DNA of 64,000 nt, taken from Lama guanicoe (Eukaryota). The stretch is taken from the NCBI GenBank assembly GCA_013239625.1, contig MU054096.1:533098-597097 (forward strand), read 5' to 3'. How positions within the stretch are numbered: position 1 is the first letter of the stretch; each line of letters begins with the position of its first letter. The translations under genes were made by a program, and so were the position numbers. Below the pieces are notes generated by a model. That model was not told the DNA's origin and did no database searches. It worked only from the letters and a program-made list of their open reading frames with translations. Shown here piece by piece: positions 24,200-36,829 of the stretch.

Positions 24200-24955
24200 T
24201 CACCAAATGTCAGCTAGCAATACCACCATTTTTTCCCACGATTGCTCACAGCAGCTTTATCGGTAACATTCAAACACTTGGGGAAAAAAATCCAAATGTC
24301 CATCAACAGGAGAATGGACAAATTTTGGCATATCCATATGATGGAACACCAGCCAGCAACAAAAAGGAATGAAGTATATTGTAAACAGTGTGGCTGTTAA
24401 TAGCGGGGTACATGTATCTTTTTTAATTAATTCTTATCTTGTGGTTGGCTTTATTCTTTTGATAACTATGTAAGTTTAAAAAAGCTAAAGCTTTAAACAT
24501 TCTTAGAAACAATGAACAGTACATATATGCCAATTTAAAAATATGTGCAGTATATTGTGTATATGTATTTATATGCAATATATTGTATATGTGCAGTCAA
24601 ATTGTAACAATTCTACCTAATAAAACTGAAAAATAAGTAAAAGCTATTCAATATATTTTTAAAAAATGAAATATTGGCATACACAGACACAGAGATATAT
24701 CTCAACGTAATTAGGCTGAATGAACGAAGCCGGACAAAAAACAGTCCACACTGAACAATTCCATTTATATAAAACTCTAGAAAATGCAGACTAACCTACA
24801 GGGTCAGGAGGCAGATCCGTGGTGGCCTGGAGTTGAGGAGGGAGCAGAGACAGGATGCCAGGGAGGCAGGAGACACTTGGTAGTGATGGGTGTGTTCAGT
24901 CCTGATTGAGGTGATGGCTTCATGGGTGTATACAGATGTCAAAACTCTAAATCTG
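24200..24955 (+). mobile_element. L1ME-like 3' end, interrupted by a younger insertion at about 24382-24663
   Basis: aatccaaatgtccatcaacaggagaatggac...ccatttatataaaactctagaaaatgcagactaacctac...gtgatggcttcatgggtgtatac. Confidence 0.75.
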
Positions 24956-25071
24956 TGCTCACAACTGCTACTGTTACCACTTCTACCGCTGCCACTGTCA
25001 TCTGTGTCTCATGCGCTCTCGGAGAATTTCCTTGAAAGTTACACTCCAGAATAAGTAAAGGGTTTTACATC

Positions 25072-25243
25072 CTTGCTCCTCCGAGTGTGGTCCATGTGGT
25101 CCGTGTGGTCTGCAGCAGCACTGCCAGGGAGCCCATTAGACGTGCAGATTCTTGGACCCCACCCCAGACTGACAGAATCAGAACCTGCCTTTGAGCCAGT
25201 TCGACAGTTGATTCTTAACGCATATTGATGCTTGAGAAACACT
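25072..25243. mobile_element. MER5A1-like relic
   Basis: gtgtggtcc...gcagattcttggaccccaccccagact...gaatcagaacctgc...ttgagaaacact. Confidence 0.7.
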
Positions 25244-25539
25244 CGAAGAACAGAATGTTTTGGTTAGTGGGGTTTGTCACATACACCACATACAGATAAT
25301 CAGTTTGCAAAGATTTCAAACTGCAGTCTAATGACACAAACTTGCCCTTTTAAATTGTTAGGGACAGACCCACGACAACAAAGTTCTGCTTAATGCTTTG
25401 TAGTCTCAGGACGCTAAGAAGGCAGAACTCAGAGAAGGAAGGCTTGGATGCCACCAGTGTCTGCTACCTACAGACACTTCATCCTGTGTATTTCTTCAGC
25501 ACCTCAATTATGCCATGTTCAAAGCCAAACTTAAGGGCT

Positions 25540-26200
25540 CTGCCTGAAGTTGGAGTCCCCAGATGCAGACGCTGAGATGCGGATTCCTGTGGGAGTGATT
25601 TATTAAGGAAGGATTCTCAGAAAAACCTCACGGGGAAGAAGAGAATTGGGACCAGGAAGAGACGGAGGCTAAGCAGGGAAGCAGTGTCAAGAAAGGAAAT
25701 AGGTAATTTGGGTTCAATTCCTCATGGGACTCTGGAGACCTCGGTAACTCCCTGCAGTGCAAAGCACGGTCCATGGACCAGCATCCTCGGTCACTAGGAA
25801 GCTGGTTAGAACTGCAGAATCTCAAACCCCACAGCAGCCCTACTGAATCAGACGCTGCATTTTAACAAGGTTTCTCAGATGATTCATAACCATGCTAAAA
25901 TCTGAAAAACATTGATGCAGGTCGTACATCAAAGTTGTCCCAATTAGGAAGAAGGACGGAGAAGTACTTACATTCATTCTACTCTTACATTGGTCTTTGT
26001 GGAAGGGCTGCTCTTAGGCTCCTGAATTCTCCTAATAATTTCCCAGCCATCTCGCCTCTCTGCAAATGTAGACAAAGGACTTTCAGCAGGCTGAGGGTGG
26101 CTGCTGGCAAAGAGATCCAGGTTTGGGCTGCTCCCAAGTGTTGGCAGAGAGAGACAGTACACCAAGAGCTGGTACCGAAGTCCCAGGGGATTATGTGCTA
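25540..26200 (-). mobile_element. ERVL LTR (LTR16/33-like) with a nested MER5A1 at about 25760-25915
   Basis: agatgcagacgctgagatgcggattcctgtgggagtgatttattaagg; nested ggtccatggaccagcatc...tactgaatcagacgctgcattttaacaag. Confidence 0.55.
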
Positions 26201-26570
26201 ACGGAGCCTCCATCTACTTTCTTCTTTCTGCTGTTTCTCTTGTCTTCTTAGCACCCACTGAACTCTGAGAACATGCCCTCACTTGTCAAGACCAACTGGG
26301 TATCCCATGCTCTCTGATCTACCACTGCAAAGATCCTTAAATCTTTCATCACCATCACTTTGCCACAGTCCACGTTCAGAGTTGGACTATCCCTTACTGC
26401 CAAACTCCCCACCTTGCGACCCAAGCCCTGTCTGCCACCTGTACACACCTCTCAAGGTGCAACAGGAAAGCCTCTGCTCTCCCATGCCTTTTCTGACCCT
26501 TCCAGGCAGAAATGGCTGTCTGCCTTCTGTTCCCACAGCAAAATTTTATCACTACTGAAAAAAGGAGAGT

Positions 26571-26730
26571 GGGGGGTGGGGTATAGCTCAGTGGCAGAGC
26601 GCATGCTTAGCATGCAAGAGGTCCTGGGTTCAACCCCAGTTCCTTCATTAAAAATAAATCAATAAATAGCCCAATTACCTCTCCAAAGAAAACCCCAAAA
26701 ATGTAATAAAGTAAAAAAATTTTTAAAAAA
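26571..26730 (+). mobile_element. tRNA-Ala-derived SINE (Vic-1-like)
   Basis: gggtatagctcagtggcagagcgcatgcttagcatgcaagaggtcctgggttcaacccc plus body and A tail. Confidence 0.9.
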
Positions 26731-28009
26731 AGACTGATTGCACTTCCTGTGCTTAGCACATATTAGGTGCTCAATAAATATTGATTAATGAAATCATCAA
26801 CTCTAAGGTACTTTTCAAGTACTTTAGCATACGGACAGGAGCAACAACTCTACAATTCAGTTTAATAAACTCAAGGATGCAAACACCAGACTAAATGAAA
26901 CACGAGAAGGTGAGAGAGGAAGATGTACGTGAACCTTCCGTGTTCTCTGTAGACGAAATCTCATTCATTCGTCACTTCTCTCAGCTGCTTTGGAAGAATT
27001 TATTTGGAATCTTTAATGCAAACAGTTCCCTCAAGAATTGTCACACACATTTGCTAAAACACATGACAGCTCAAGCCAACCACTGCTTGTTATTCAGAAT
27101 CACCAATGTTCATAGCCACTGCAGGCTTGAAAGTGCACTTCCCAAACACAAGCCTTAAGAATAATACTGCTGGCTTTTACTAGAATCATTCCCAAATAAA
27201 TGCAACGTTTGTAACGTAAGTAATTAGCATCCAGGTTGTTCCTTCTAAAATGTGAATCTCTCCCTCTCTCTATCTAGTTCCCTGCCTCTGTCTCTCTCTC
27301 TCTCCGTCTCTCTCTCTGTCTGGTCTGATTAATGCTAATTCATACTGCCCTACAAGAATTTGCAAGCTGTACCGAGAAATAATGCAGTGTTAGTTTTATA
27401 ATTTAGTGCACAGACCACATTTGTGCACAAGCTCTGTAAACTGGGCCTGTGGTCAAAAGAAACAATTAGCACTTTGTTAGTATGAAATGATGTACTAATC
27501 TGTACAGTCCCCTCAAAGCAGTTGCCTGTTCCACTTTGCCCTCCTGTGCAAATTCTTTTCCATGTATCTAGCACTGCTCCAAAAATAACACATTGCACGC
27601 CTGGTGCTGTAAATTGGGCTCACGACGATGAAGATATACCAGTTAGAAAATATTTGTGGGGCAGAAATGCACAGGAAGACAATTTCCAGCCAAACAAGGA
27701 GGTGGGAGCCCAGACTTGAAGGGGAGTTTGGGTTCCCCATCCTACGTCAGATTTCACAAGCAGAGCCATCTTCATCTTTGGAGAAGGACTGTGGGAAGGG
27801 CATTTGGTGGGAAAAGTAAGACCTCACACCAGAAGAGTTAACCCCAAATCACACTGATGTCAACTTCATTCACACGGCAGGCTGATTTGCATTTAAACAG
27901 ATACCATCCATTCCTTTATTTAAGTAGCACCTAAGAGCCATAATGCAATTTGTGCATTCTTTGGACATCTGCGGTTCTTGGTGAAGCACCGGGTCAGGTT
28001 AAGGATAAA

Positions 28010-28390
28010 AATAACAATCATGTCTGACATTTTCACAGTGATTTGCAGTTCTCCGAGACAGTTCAGGTACACAGGCTCCTCTGGGTCTCACCACACGTCT
28101 GTGGGTAGACATACCATCACCACTTTGCTGATGTAGAATTGTGGGTTCAGAGACGTTGGGTGACATGTCACACGGAAGGTGGTACTTTGTAGTGGTTCAA
28201 AACATGGGCTTTGAGGCCACGTTACCTGCAGGCAAATTTTCCCTCCACTTCCGTCTGACCACGAGAACTTGGCTTCGCTCTTCCATGGCCCAGTTTTCCC
28301 ATTTGTAAAATGGGAATGATAGCTGGTCTACCTGCCTCGGGGGGTCATTAAAGCACTCATAGCAGTGCCTGACTACAGGTAGTGCCATGT
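28010..28390. mobile_element. Two MIR fragments in opposite orientations
   Basis: gggttcagagacgttgggtgacatgtc (minus) and cagttttcccatttgtaaaatgggaatgata (plus). Confidence 0.65.
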
Positions 28391-28550
28391 ATCCCTCTTG
28401 GGGAGTGATGCAAATCTTAGCTATCTTGATTGTGGTGGTGGTGGTTCCATGGGTGTAGACACCTATCAAAATTCATCAAATTGTACACCTGAAATATGTG
28501 TAGTTTACCATACAGGAATCATATGGCAATAAAGGTGTTTAAAAAAAAAA
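28390..28550 (+). mobile_element. Short L1 3' tail (variant tail B)
   Basis: Matches the 3' part of the copy at 38687-38935; ends aataaaggtgttt plus poly-A. Confidence 0.8.
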
Positions 28551-28579
28551 CCAAATAGTGCTATCAGCATGAGCTGTTG

Positions 28580-28912
28580 TTACATCCATGAAACCATCAC
28601 CACAATCAAGATAGCTAACGTTGCCATCACTCCTCCAGAGGTGAAATTTTCAAATTCCCAGTTTATCCCTTCCCACCCCCTGTGCCCTCTGTAACCGTAA
28701 GTTTGTTCTCTATGTCTGTGAGTCTGTTTCCATTTTGCAGATAAGTTCACTTGTGTCCCCCCCTGCCTTTTTTGGGGGGGGCATTTTTCTTTCTCTTTCT
28801 GGCTTACTTCACTTAAAATGATGGTCTTCAGGTTCATCCATGTTGCTGCAAATGGCATTATTTTATTCTTTTTATGGCTGAGTAGTATTCCATTGTATAA
28901 ATACACCACATC
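28580..28912 (-). mobile_element. L1 ORF2 end with variant tail B, 3'-incomplete
   Basis: Antisense KIMPFAATWMNLKTIILSEVSQKEKEK followed by the same junction into tail B as at 38687. Confidence 0.85.
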
Positions 28913-29325
28913 AGACGTGGTGAACTTTCAAAGGACTGAAAGGTATCTAGCCAATATAACTATATTTCTTTCTCAAGGATTGATTTCTCAGGTTATAAAA
29001 GTATCACACATATTTCTGAAGATAAAAGAGGGCTCAAGGGGAAACCAAAGCTGTTAACTTGAGGAAAAGCTGTTGTAGCGACGAGAGTGAATATTTATTA
29101 TCATCAAAAACGAATGTAGCATGATTTTGATTTAATATAGAGAAATAGTCCTGAGAGTAGAGAGAAAGAGGGTCTTAGGCAAATTACAGAAATAACCAGA
29201 AATAACCACAATCCACACATTTCCTTGTGAGGTAACTTTGCAACCCCTGTTATCAAGGGGCAGAGTTATTTCCCATCTAGTGACTCTAGGGTGACCGTGG
29301 GGCTTGCTATGGTAAACACAATGTA

Positions 29326-30300
29326 CAGTCGCCCCCTAACTGCCCTTATCCCCTGAAAATCTGCTCCAAGTCCCAAGTGGATGCCTGAATCCACAGGTAG
29401 TACTGAGCCCCACATATACCGTGATTTCCCTATACATACACACCTACAATAAAGTTTAATTTATAAATCAGGCACAGTAAGAGGCTGACAACAGTAACTA
29501 GAATGAAATGGAAAAATTATTGTTGCAGTAAAGTATGTTACGGCTCAGTGTTATAGCTCAGTTGTGACAGCAACCTGGATCTAGGCAAGAGACCAAGCAG
29601 CACTTGGAGGATTGGAGAACTCAGGTTTATTATGCCAGTGGGCCCAGAGGAGTTAACACTCCAAGCTCTGGACCCTGTCTATAGGTTTACACAGGCTTTT
29701 AAAGGCTGCCAGTCTATACTTCGCAACATCATTTGCAAATAACGTATAACAAAGGTGACTAATTAGGAATGAGCTTTGTAGAAATGGACCAATCAGGAAT
29801 GAGCTCCATGCAAATGAGGCATTACAAATGGACCAATCAGGCGTTAGCTCAGGGAATCAATAGAATCTTAGGGGTATGTTCTGCTTCCCTAGAAGTAAGC
29901 TGTTTCAGAGATAAAAAGTGAGATAATGCTGCTGGGCCAGGGAAACAAATGGTGCTGGCAGGAGAGTAGTGGCCCTGCCTAGGGCTCCTGCCGTCTTTTT
30001 CATGGGTCTTCCCACCTCATTATAACAACATACTGGAATAAGAGTCATGTGATGGTGGTCTCTCTCAAAACATCTTACTGTATCATTCTCACCCTTCTTC
30101 TAGTGACGATACGAGGTGATAAACCGCCCACGTGATGAGATGAAATCAAGTGATGATGTAGGAGCTGTGATGTAGCGTTAGGCTACTGCTGGCTTTCTGA
30201 CCACAGGTCACAAGGAGAATCATCTGCTTCAGGTGATCCCAGATCCCAGAGCCAGGATGCTGTCCATGGCTGGGTACCCAGGCAGATAAAAGGATGGAAT
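29326..30300 (-). mobile_element. MER44/Tigger7-family DNA transposon, split by an LTR
   Basis: ta|cagt...ccttatcc...gtggatgcctgaa...aaagtttaatttataaatcaggcacagtaagag; sequence continues after the LTR. Confidence 0.75.
29521..30019 (-). mobile_element. ERV1-class solo LTR (499 bp)
   Basis: TG...CA termini, perfect 4-bp TSD ttat (29517-29520, 30020-30023), minus-strand AATAAA at 29626-29631. Confidence 0.9.
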
Positions 30301-30626
30301 AGGAGACTGTCGAGGTTTTATTTCAATACACGTGCTTCTCTGAGTTTGTTCAATGGAGCTTCAAACTCCAGCTAAAGGATTATTTTCCATCCATAGCAGA
30401 CAGCGTAATCTTTTAATCATGCATCCAAGAAAACTTATTGAGCACCTACTGTGTGCTCAAAGCTAAGAGAATAATTTCACTCCTAGCAAAAAAAAAACAC
30501 ATCAAACTTCTGCCGAGTGTAATTTTGATGACATGTGGGCCATTCACTAGGTAAGATTCAAAATCAAGTTTTTTTAAATCAATGGATTACCTTTCCATAG
30601 TAGTCATGTATTTAAAAATGAGTTAA

Positions 30627-30902
30627 TCACTTATATGTGCAATCTAAAAATAAGGACACAAATGAACTACTTATCATTTATAACTAAGATGATTAATTTC
30701 TTGAATATGTGTAAGCACATTTGACTGTCCTTTATGACTGGATTACCGCATTCTGTTGATTCTTATTTTGTGGTTGGCTTTATTTCTTTGATAACTACGT
30801 AAGTTTAAAAAGCTAAAGCTCTAAACTGTTCTTAGAAACAATGAACAATACATATGTGCAGTCAACTTGTAACAATTCTACCTAGTAAAACTGAAAAATG
30901 AA
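30627..30902 (+). mobile_element. L1 3' end with variant tail C
   Basis: TSD aaaaatgagttaa / aaaagtgagttaa; begins with the L1 ORF2 terminus tcacttatatgtgcaatctaaaaa; tail shared with 24430-24634. Confidence 0.8.
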
Positions 30903-32361
30903 AAAAGTGAGTTAAAAAGATGTCTTTAGAACATATGCAAGTAGTCTATGTATTGTAAATGTAATAATACCTACCTGGAAACAGTGGAAAATCTAGAATG
31001 AGGCATTTAAGCAGATGTCTGACACTATGGTCTTTTGATTTTCCCCAATACAATTTGGCAGAACACGCCCTTACACTCAACTTTTGCTCCCCCAGAAAAA
31101 TATATGTACCAGTCAACATTTGGTGTCATAAGAATTTGATACCAAGTCTGGGCAACCTCATTCTTTCTCCTCTTTGGCACTTGATAACCATAATTTTATT
31201 ATAATCCTCAGGGTCAAAAAGTCCTTGCTCTCTTACACTGGTCCTCCCCTGTCAGCCGAGGTGGGGGCCACTGTGCCTCCCCCTGGTCTTGGCATTTCTG
31301 GTCCCTTCAATAGTGGCGACATGCTGGTTTGATGCAGCTGGACAGTGTGAAGCCCTCAGGTTCCTCCCTGTTGGTTCCACGTGGGTGGAATGGTGTCTCT
31401 CACAGCTGCCTTTCTAATTGTCTGGAGCAGAGCACATAACCCACAGTGTTCTCCCATTCACTCCTTCACATCAGCCAGGAGAAGGAGGCAAAGTGGAACA
31501 GACAGAGGGAACTGCAAATGCAAAGGCCCTGTGGCCAGGAGAGGCATAAAGAGGACGAGGGAGCAGAGGCAGTCTGAGGTCAGGTTGAAAATGTGCAGGG
31601 GACCTTAAGCCACGCTGGGGAGGCCTTGGTAAGTTTCCCTTGACCTCAGTGCTGAGGAAGTCAACAAAGGACTTGGGCAGTGTGGGATTTTAGCAAGATC
31701 ACATTGGCTGCAGTGGGGGTAAGGATGCACTGACCTGTTCTGTGAGCTGTACCCCCAAAGAAGCCAAGCCCTAATGACAGCTGAGTCTTTAGATCAAGGA
31801 GGAGCAGCAGACGGAAGATGGTCTAAGAAAAGGCAAAAGCCTGAGTTGGACTAGAAAAGAGAGTAATCGACGTTTGACCTGCCAGCTGTAGACCCCCATC
31901 AGCCTATCCTGGGCAGTTTGTTGAACATGCAGATTTCAAGGCTCTATTCCACACCTTCTGAGTCAGCATCTCGGGAACCTTCCTTATTGTTCTTGAGTCG
32001 CCCAAGACTGAAAGTTATATTGTGTAAGGCAGACAAGTAAGATGGAAAATGAGGCTGAAGCTATTCAGAATCCCATCAGCCCTTCCACATGAGCTGTGAG
32101 CCCATAGAAAAAGATAAAGACACATATAATGAAAGAGCAGAGACCCGATTTCCCTTGAAAGCCAAGCCAGCACATGTTCTTGGCTCCCAAGCTGGTCACT
32201 GGACACCCCTGTCCGTTTTCTCGTCTGTTCCAACTGCCAGAGCCCTGCCAGCAATTAATGTCCAATTGCAAACTGCACTTCTGTCAATGCCTGTTATCCA
32301 AACACACTGTGATACCAAACAGCTTCCTTCATTTTTCTCTGGTCACACATGAAACTTTAAA

Positions 32362-33235
32362 TCAAGGGTTTTGGCAAATTGTAACCCATGTGCCAAGTCC
32401 AGCCATCCCCTGACTACTTATGGCTCAGAAGCTATAACAATCATAGGAAGACTCTTCTATAACATAATAAAATTGTATGAAGTTCAAATCTAGTGTCCAC
32501 AGATGAGGTTCTATTGGAACACACAACAATGAATATTTATTTATTATCCATAGCTGATTTTACTTGATACATACTCCACCAAGACAGATTCAAATAGTTG
32601 TGATAGAAACCATATGAACCACAACACCTGCACCCCAATGTTCATAGCAGCACTATTTACAATAGCCAAGACATGGAAGCAGCCTAAATGTCCATCAACA
32701 GATGACTGGATAAAGAAGATGTGGTATATTTATACAATGGAATACTACTCAGCCATAAAAACTGACAACATAACACCATTTGCAGCAACAGGGATGCTCC
32801 TGGAGAATGTCATTCTAAGTGAAGTAAGCCAGAAAGAGAAAGAAAAATACCATATGAGATCGCTCATATGTGGAATCTAAAAAAACCAAAAACAAACAAA
32901 CAAAACAAACAAAACATAAATACAAAACAGAAACAGGCTCATAGACAGAATACAAACTTGTGGTTGCCAAGGGGGTGGGGAGTGGGAAGGGATAGACTGG
33001 GATTCAAAATGTAGAATAAATAAACAAGATTATACTGTATAGCACAGGGAAATATATACAAGATCTTATGGTAGCTCACAGAGAAAAAAATGTGACAATA
33101 TATATATGTTTATGTATAATTGAAAAATTGTGCTCTACACTGGAATTTGACACAACATTGTAAAATTATTATAAATTAATTAAAAATTTTTTAAAAAAGA
33201 AACCATATGAATCACAAAGCCTAAAATAAATATTT
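32362..33235. mobile_element. MER58B-like hAT relic, split by an L1
   Basis: caagggttttggcaaatt...gccaagtccagcc...gtgtccacagatgaggttctattggaacacac...cacaaagcctaaaata. Confidence 0.65.
32625..33197 (+). mobile_element. Young 5'-truncated L1
   Basis: 20-bp TSD agaaaccatatgaa(c/t)cacaa (32605-32624, 33198-33217); open ORF2 C-terminus TCTPMFIAALFTIAKTWKQPKC...SLICGI*. Confidence 0.95.
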
Positions 33236-33552
33236 TTTTAAAAAAGAAAATGTTTCTGAGGCATTAAGTTAACCTCCTAGCTTCTTTGGTCAAATTACCA
33301 ATAAATTACCAAGTTCCCATGAAACAAATAATTTGTAACATAAATCATTGCCCATAATTTAAATCCTTCATAAGCTTGACTTTTCATACTGAATTTTCTT
33401 AAAGCTAGATATGCCTTTAACCCCATGTACCATGACTAAGTTACTAGTTGATTCAGAAAATGTATGATTTCACAAAAGATCTAACAGAGTTTTCAGCCCA
33501 CTGTATATTGTATGTGCTTCTCTAGAAGTAACAAGACCAAACCAGTATGTAG

Positions 33553-34231
33553 AGTCTTCAAAAAACTAAAAATAGACTTAGCATATTATCCAGCAATCCC
33601 ACTGCTGGGTATATATCCAGAAGAAGCTGTAATTTAAAAATATACATGCATCCCAATGTTCATAGCAGCACTATTTACAACAGCCAAGACATGAAAACAC
33701 CTAAATGTCCATTGACAGATGACTAGATGAAGAAGTTGTGGTATATTTATACAATGGAATACTACTCAGCCATAAAAAGAACAAAATAATGTCATTTGGA
33801 GCAACATAGATGGACCTGGATATTGTTATACTACGTGAATTAAGCTAGAAAAAGAAAGAAAAATACCATATGGTATCACTCATATGTGGAATCTGGGGGA
33901 AAAAAAGGGACACTAATGAACTCATCTACAAAAGAAACAGACTCGCAGACATAGTAAACAAACATATGGTTACCAAGGGGAAAGGGGTGGGAAAGGGGTA
34001 AATTGGGAGATTGAGATTTGCAAATGTTAATCATTATATATATAAAAAGATAAAAAATAAATTTCTTCTGTGGAGCACAGGGAACTATATTCAATATTTT
34101 GTTATAACCTTTCAATGAAAACAAATATGAAAATGAAAATATGTATGTATATGCATGATTGGGACATGATGCTGTTCACCAGAAATTGATACATTGTAAC
34201 TGATTATACTTCAAGAAAGAAAAGGAAAAAA
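33553..34231 (+). mobile_element. 5'-truncated L1
   Basis: Degenerate 20-bp TSD aagaccaaaccagtatgtag / aagacaaaaccagcatatag; ORF2 end, UTR and A tail. Confidence 0.9.
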
Positions 34232-34996
34232 AAGACAAAACCAGCATATAGTCTCTGCTCCAATTTAATTGATTTATCTGAAACAGAACTAATTACTTTT
34301 GGCTTGAAATCCACTTTGGGTTAATATTATACATTTGAATGATAACGTTTTATGAATATGCAAAATGCTTTTGAAAACGGGAAAATCAGATCATTCACAC
34401 CAATGGCAAGGAGGCCCAGTTCAGATTAGCACATTTCTTGGGAGGGAGGATTAATTGGAAAAAGAAAAAAAAAAAAGATGTAAGTTTACTGAATCAGCCT
34501 GTAAACTTGCCCAGAGAGCACACTGTTGACAGGAATCTTTCAGTCAAGATACCATAACATGTTTGGTAAACATTATGGGAGCTGCACTGGCGGGAGACCT
34601 CATTACAGCTCTTGGCTATGAAATCTTGGTGGAGAAGTGAGGTGAGACTGCTGGGTTTTCTGTGAGAAGTATTGAGTTTGTGGATTATTAAGGAGGTAAG
34701 AACCAATAAATATGTGGGGTTAGGATGCACAGCACTGTTCAAAATCCACTGTCTGATGTTGAGACTTCTAGAAACGTTCATTCCCAGGTTCAAATAACAG
34801 GAAATAATCCAACTACAGTTACTATCTTATTTGGTTTGGTGTTGATTTTTTTGGTACCAGGTACCACTCCTATAGCAGTAAAATATTTTAAAGGAGAGAA
34901 ATTGTACTCTAGTAGAAAAAAACAGGCTGCTAATGTCACTGTCCCTACCTTTTCCAATCTTAATGGGCCCATGAGAGAGCAGAAATTTCTTAAAGC

Positions 34997-36800
34997 TTTT
35001 TTTTTGCATTCTTTTTTTACTGCTTTACAGTCAGTCTACAATGTCGTGTCAATTTCTGGTGTCCAGCATCATGTTTCAGTCACACATATATTCGTTTTCA
35101 TATTATTTTTCATTATAATTTACTATAAGTTATTGAATATCTATGCTATACAGTAGAAACTTGTTTATCTATTTTATATATAGTAGTGTATATCTGAAAA
35201 TTTTGCACTCTCAATTCATCCCTTTCCATTCCCTCCCCCACCTCCCCCCTAAACCCCCCAGCAACCATAAGCTTGTTTTCTACATCTCTGAGTCTGTCTC
35301 TGTTTTGTAATTAAGTTCATTTGTGTCTTTTTTTTAGATTTCACATATAAGTGATGTCATATGGTATTTTCCTTTCTCTTTCTGACTTACTTCACTTAGA
35401 ATGACAATCTCCAGGTCCAACCATGTTGCTGCAAATGGCATCATTTTATTCTTTTTTTATGGCTGAGTAGTGTTCCGTTGTATAAATATACCACAACTTC
35501 TTTATCCATTCATCTGTCGTTGGGCATTTAGGTTGATTCCATGTCTTGGCTATTGTATACAGTGCTGCTATGAAGCTATGAACATTGAGGTGCATTATCT
35601 TCTCAAATTAGAATTCCATTCAGGTATGTGCCCAGAAGTAGGATTGCTGGTTAATAGGGTAAGTTTATTTTCAGTTTTTTGAGGAATCTCCATACTATCT
35701 TCCAGAATGGCGGCACCAAACTACATTTCCACCAATAGTATAGGAGGGTGCCCTTTTCTCCACACTCTCTCCAGCATTAATTGTTTGTGGACTTCTGAAT
35801 GATAGCCATTCTGACTGGAGTGAGGTGATATCTCAGTGTAGTTTTGATTTGCATTTCTCTGATAATTAGCAATATTGAGCATTTTTTCATGTGCCTATTA
35901 GCCATTTGTATGTCTTCATTGGAGAATTGCTTTTTTAGGTCTCTTGCCCATTTTGGGTTTTTTTTTTGTTGTTGTTGTTATCAAATTGTATGAGCTGTTT
36001 ATATATTCTGGAAATTAAGCCTTTATCAGTCTCATCTTTTGCAAAATTTTCTTCCATTCCATAGGTTGTCTTGTTGTGTGGCTTACGGTTTCCTTTGCTG
36101 TGCAAAAGCTTGTAAGTTTAATTAGGTTCCATTTGTTTAGTTTTTATGTCTATTGCTTGGGTAGACTGCCCTAGGAGAACATTGCTGAGATGTATGTCAG
36201 ATAATGTTTTGCCTGTATTTTCTTCTAAGAGGTTTATAGTGTCTTGTCTTAAGAACTACAAAACATTGACTATGGAAATTAAAGGTGACTTAAGAAATGG
36301 AAAGTTATCCATATTCTTGAATTGGAAGAATTAATATTGTTAAAATGGCCATACTATCCAAAGCAATCTACAGATTTCATGTGATCCCTATCAAATTACC
36401 CAGGACATCCTTCACAGAACTAGAACAAATAACCCTAAAATTTATATGAAATCATAAAAGACCCAGAATTGCCAAAGCAATACTGAGGAAAAAGAATGAA
36501 GCTGGAGGAATACCCTCCCAGACTTCAGACAATACTTCCTCAGAGCTACAGTAATCAAAACAGCATGGTATTGGCATTAAAAACAGACATATGGATCAGT
36601 GGAACAGAATAGAGAGCCCAGAAATAAACCCACAGACCTATGGTCAATTAATCTATGACAAAGGAATCAAGAATATACAATGGAGAAAAGACAGTCTCTT
36701 CAATAAATGGTGTTGGGAAAACTGGACAGTTGCATGTAAATCAACGAAGTCAGAATACTCCCTCACACCATACACAGAAATAAACTCAAAATGGCTTAAA
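34997..36800 (-). mobile_element. L1 with 5' inversion (about 1.25 kb antisense plus 0.55 kb sense)
   Basis: Antisense 3' part ends at about 36250; sense ORF2 segment at 36251-36800 ([13 protein letters not shown]...[12 protein letters not shown]). Confidence 0.9.
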
Positions 36801-36829
36801 TACATAGAAAATTTACTTACATAGGTTTT

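Noticed and set aside
26577..26650. tRNA-Ala(AGC)-like gene (also at 1529, 8750, 15350, 45809, 56069)
   Set aside because: All copies carry stem-breaking changes and A-rich tails, and several have a SINE body or TSDs; they are SINE heads, not tRNA genes.
27628..27819. ORF ending at a donor-like aa|gtaag
   Set aside because: No recognisable homology, no matching partner exon, and no promoter evidence.
32614..32880. ORFs with a KTWKQPKCPSTDDWIKK motif (also 2671-3021, 14716-14919, 22923-23111) and other L1-like ORFs (36591-36824, 41439-41756, 47831-48064)
   Set aside because: Fragments of L1 ORF2 in truncated elements, not host genes.
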